This document shows, in pieces, positions 60,201 to 64,000 of a DNA stretch of 64,000 bases. Position 1 is the first letter of the stretch; each line of letters starts with the position of its first letter. Location: positions 185,653-249,652 of the forward strand of contig CAVYMO010000002.1 in assembly GCA_963769625.1 (NCBI GenBank). Direction: 5' to 3'. The notes below the pieces were generated by a model. It saw only the letters and a list, made by a program, of their open reading frames with translations, was not told the DNA's origin and ran no database searches. The DNA is from an uncultured Verrucomicrobiae bacterium. GTDB lineage: Bacteria; Verrucomicrobiota; Verrucomicrobiia; Chthoniobacterales; UBA10450. A program made the position numbers and the translations under genes.

Positions 60201-62604
60201 TCATTCCGCGCGCAGGGCTTCGATGGGATTTACTTTTGTAGCGCGACTCGCGGGCAGAAGACACGCGAGCAAGGCCACGACCGCGAGAAGCACGGTGATG
60301 GCACCCAGCGTGAGCGGATCCTGCGCGCTGGTGTTGAAAAGAATCGAACCCAGCGCGCGCGCCGCCGCGAGCGTCGCGATCAGGCCCACCAGCAACCCGA
60401 GCCCGATCAGTTTCCCGCCTTGCGTGAGCACCAGCTTCAGGACATCGCGCTGTTGCGCACCGAGCGCCATGCGGATGCCGAATTCGCCCGTGCGTTGCGC
60501 GACGCTGTAAGCCATCACTCCGTAAATGCCGACCGCCGCCAGGACGAGCGCGACGACCGAAAAAACCGACAGCAACACCATGGCGAAACGTTGCCGCGAG
60601 ATGCTGTCCGCGACAATTTCCTCCAGCGGTCGAATGGTGCCGACCGGCTGGTCTTTATCCACCGCGTAGACGGCGGGACGCAACGCGCCGAGCAACGCGG
60701 CGGCGGGACCGTCAGTGCGCACGACGAAGTTGAGGGCGGTGGTCGGCTTTTGCACGAAGGGCTCGTAGGATTGGCTCGTGGTTTCGCGGTCCACGCCATA
60801 CTGTTTGATGTCGCCCACGATGCCGACGATTTCGCGCCAGGTGTCGGGGCCGTTGGTAATGTTGATCCGTTTGCCGATCGGGTCCTCGTTAGGGAAAAAC
60901 TGTCGGGCGAGCGTTTCGTTAATGATCGCCACGCGCGGCGCCTGCGCGTTGTCCTGCGCGGTAAAGATACGTCCGCGCACCAGCGGAATGCCCATCGCGC
61001 GAAAATAATCCGGCGTGATCGCGTAGTAGTTGGTGTTCGGCAAATTGCTGGGATCGACTGGAGGACGGCCCTCGATATTGAATCCGAGTACCCAGTCGCC
61101 GAGCAACGGGACGGTGTGAGTCAGGCCGACGGCCTGCACGCCGGGGAGCCCACGTAGACGTTCGATCAGCGCATCCGCAAACGCGACCTGCTGCTCGGGC
61201 TTCTCGTATTTTTTCTCCGGTAACGAAAGGCGCATGATGGTGGCGTGCGCCGGATTAAATCCCGGATCGACATTGGTGAGCTTCATGAAGCTGCGACCGA
61301 GCAGGCCCGCACCGCCGAGCAACATCAGCGCCAGCGTCACTTCGACGACGACAAGGGCGCCGCGCAATCGTCCGCGCGCCCCGCCTTCGGTGGAACCGCG
61401 CGAGCCCTGCTTCAACGCTTCGTTTACATCCGTGCGCGCGGCGAGCCACGCGGGCGCGATGCCGAAGATAAGACCGGTGGCGACACTGAGCACAAGGCAG
61501 AGCAGAAGGACTCCGGTATCGAGCCGAATGTCGGCCGTGCGCGGGAGATCGGCGGGTGCGAGCGCGAGAAGCGCATCGAGTCCCCAGCGCGCGAATGAGA
61601 ATTCCGGCCAGGCCGCCGAAAAGCCCGAGGAGCACGCTCTCGGTCAGGAGCTGCCGCATAAGCCGCGCGCGACTCGCGCCGAGCGCCGCGCGAATGGAAA
61701 TCTCGCGGTGCCGCGCGGTCGCGCGTGCGAGCAAGAGGTTGGCGATATTCGCGCAGGCGATGAGCAACACACAGCCGACCGCGCCGAGCAGGGTGTAGAG
61801 CACCGCGCTCACATTCCGCACGCTGTAATCCTGGAGCGGCATCATGAAGACGCCCCACCCTTTGTTCGTGTCCGGGTATTGCGTGGCGAGTTGCGCGGAG
61901 AGAACTTTCATTTCCGCCTCGGCCTGCGCAAAGGTCACGCCGGGCCGGAGTCGGCCGATCACGTTCAAATAATGCGCGCCGCGGGCCGTGGCGTCCGTCT
62001 CATCCGCGGCGAACGCCATCGGCAGCCACGCGTCCACATTGCTCGCGAGGCCGAAACCCTCCGGCGCGATCCCGACCACCGTGTGCGACTCGCCATTAAG
62101 CTGCAAGGAACGGCCGACCACGTTCTCCGCGCCGCCCAGCGCGCGTTGCCAGAAACCGTAACTCAAAACCACCACGCGGTTCTTGCCGATCGCATCCTCC
62201 TCCGGGAGGAACATCCGTCCGCGCGCCGGCTGGATGCCGTAGATGTCGAAGTAATGCGCCGTCGCCTTAACGCCGACGAGCCGCTGCGGTTCGGCCTCAC
62301 CGGTCAAATTCAAACTCGTGCCGGTGTAGGCGGCGAGATGCTCGAATGACTTCGCCTGTTTTTCCCAATCGAGAAAATTCGGCGGCGCGACCGAGAACTC
62401 GGGGAACTGCGGCAATTGCGCTTCGCGGATGACGACCAGACGCGAAGGCTCCGGGTAATCCAGCGGCTTAAGCAGGACCGCGTTCACAACCGAGAAAATG
62501 GCGGTGCAAGCGCCGATCCCGAGCGCCAGCGTGAGAATAGCGACGGCGGTAAAGCCGGGCGATTTGAGGAGTTGGCGGAAGGCGTAGCGGAGGTCGGTGA
62601 TCAT
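60201..62604 (-). pseudogene. ADOP-family permease, copy 3, one frameshift near 61597
   Basis: [37 protein letters not shown].. (ORF 61255..62604) joins ..IARWGLDALLALAPADLPRTADIRLD..ending VNPIEALRAE (ORF 60201..61493 and its upstream extension). Confidence 0.85.
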
Positions 62605-62632
62605 AATATTAGAACAGGGACACGAAGTGGTT

Positions 62633-62751
62633 GGGGAGCGCGGGCGCCTCGCCCGCAGTGTCGTGCGCCTCGCGCGACACCGGGACGATGTGGGTGGTTC
62701 CAGGACGTTCGAGCGTCCCCAAAGCTTTTTGGCGGGGCGCCCGCGCTCCCC
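62633..62751. repeat. Palindromic intercistronic element, divergent third copy (119 bp)
   Basis: The 16-nt terminal inverted repeat GGGGAGCGCGGGCGCC ... GGCGCCCGCGCTCCCC shares the GGGGAGCGC terminus with copies A and B. It occupies the same position relative to the flanking stop and start codons. Confidence 0.6.
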
Positions 62752-62775
62752 GGAACTGGTTGCAACGCGCGTTTT

Positions 62776-64000
<1,225 letters not shown>

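Overview
High-GC (about 60-65% by eye) bacterial chromosomal segment with roughly 60 protein genes and one tRNA. I saw no rRNA, CRISPR array, transposase, integrase or phage genes, so it reads as core chromosome with a few accessory-like blocks, not a mobile island.

Core content:
- Left part: cysD-cysN, a fused nuoB-nuoC, punA, phoH plus a 7TM-HD hydrolase, heptose/KDO genes (hldA, gmhB, kdsB) and pyrG.
- Right part: the F1Fo ATP synthase operon atpBEFHAGDC followed by lpxI and tRNA-Ala(GGC), obg, two GT4 glycosyltransferases and rpsN.

Blocks worth a second look:
1. A signalling neighbourhood (13.4-19.6 kb) containing an RsbQ/KAI2-type alpha/beta hydrolase directly upstream of a soluble PAS histidine kinase.
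2. An arsM - PiT permease - arsS (radical SAM) cluster at 26.3-29.6 kb.
3. A Mn/Zn-type ABC importer (44.0-48.5 kb) in which two ABC-3 permease domains appear fused through an in-line DtxR/MntR-like metal-sensor domain. A separate mntR and a DtxR-box-like palindrome flank it.
4. Four tandem ADOP (MacB/FtsX-like duplicated orphan) permease paralogs (54.9-64.0 kb), each separated by a long palindromic intercistronic element.

Caveat: about one third of the genes have broken reading frames as sequenced. Several of the indels sit in short homopolymer runs, and they cluster strongly at 0-2 kb and 49.4-51.1 kb. I call these 'pseudogene' as sequenced but suspect sequencing or assembly error.

Lineage guess, unverified: a soil Verrucomicrobiota- or Acidobacteriota-like organism, based on the ADOP expansion. 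All family assignments come from motif recognition by eye; no searches were run.
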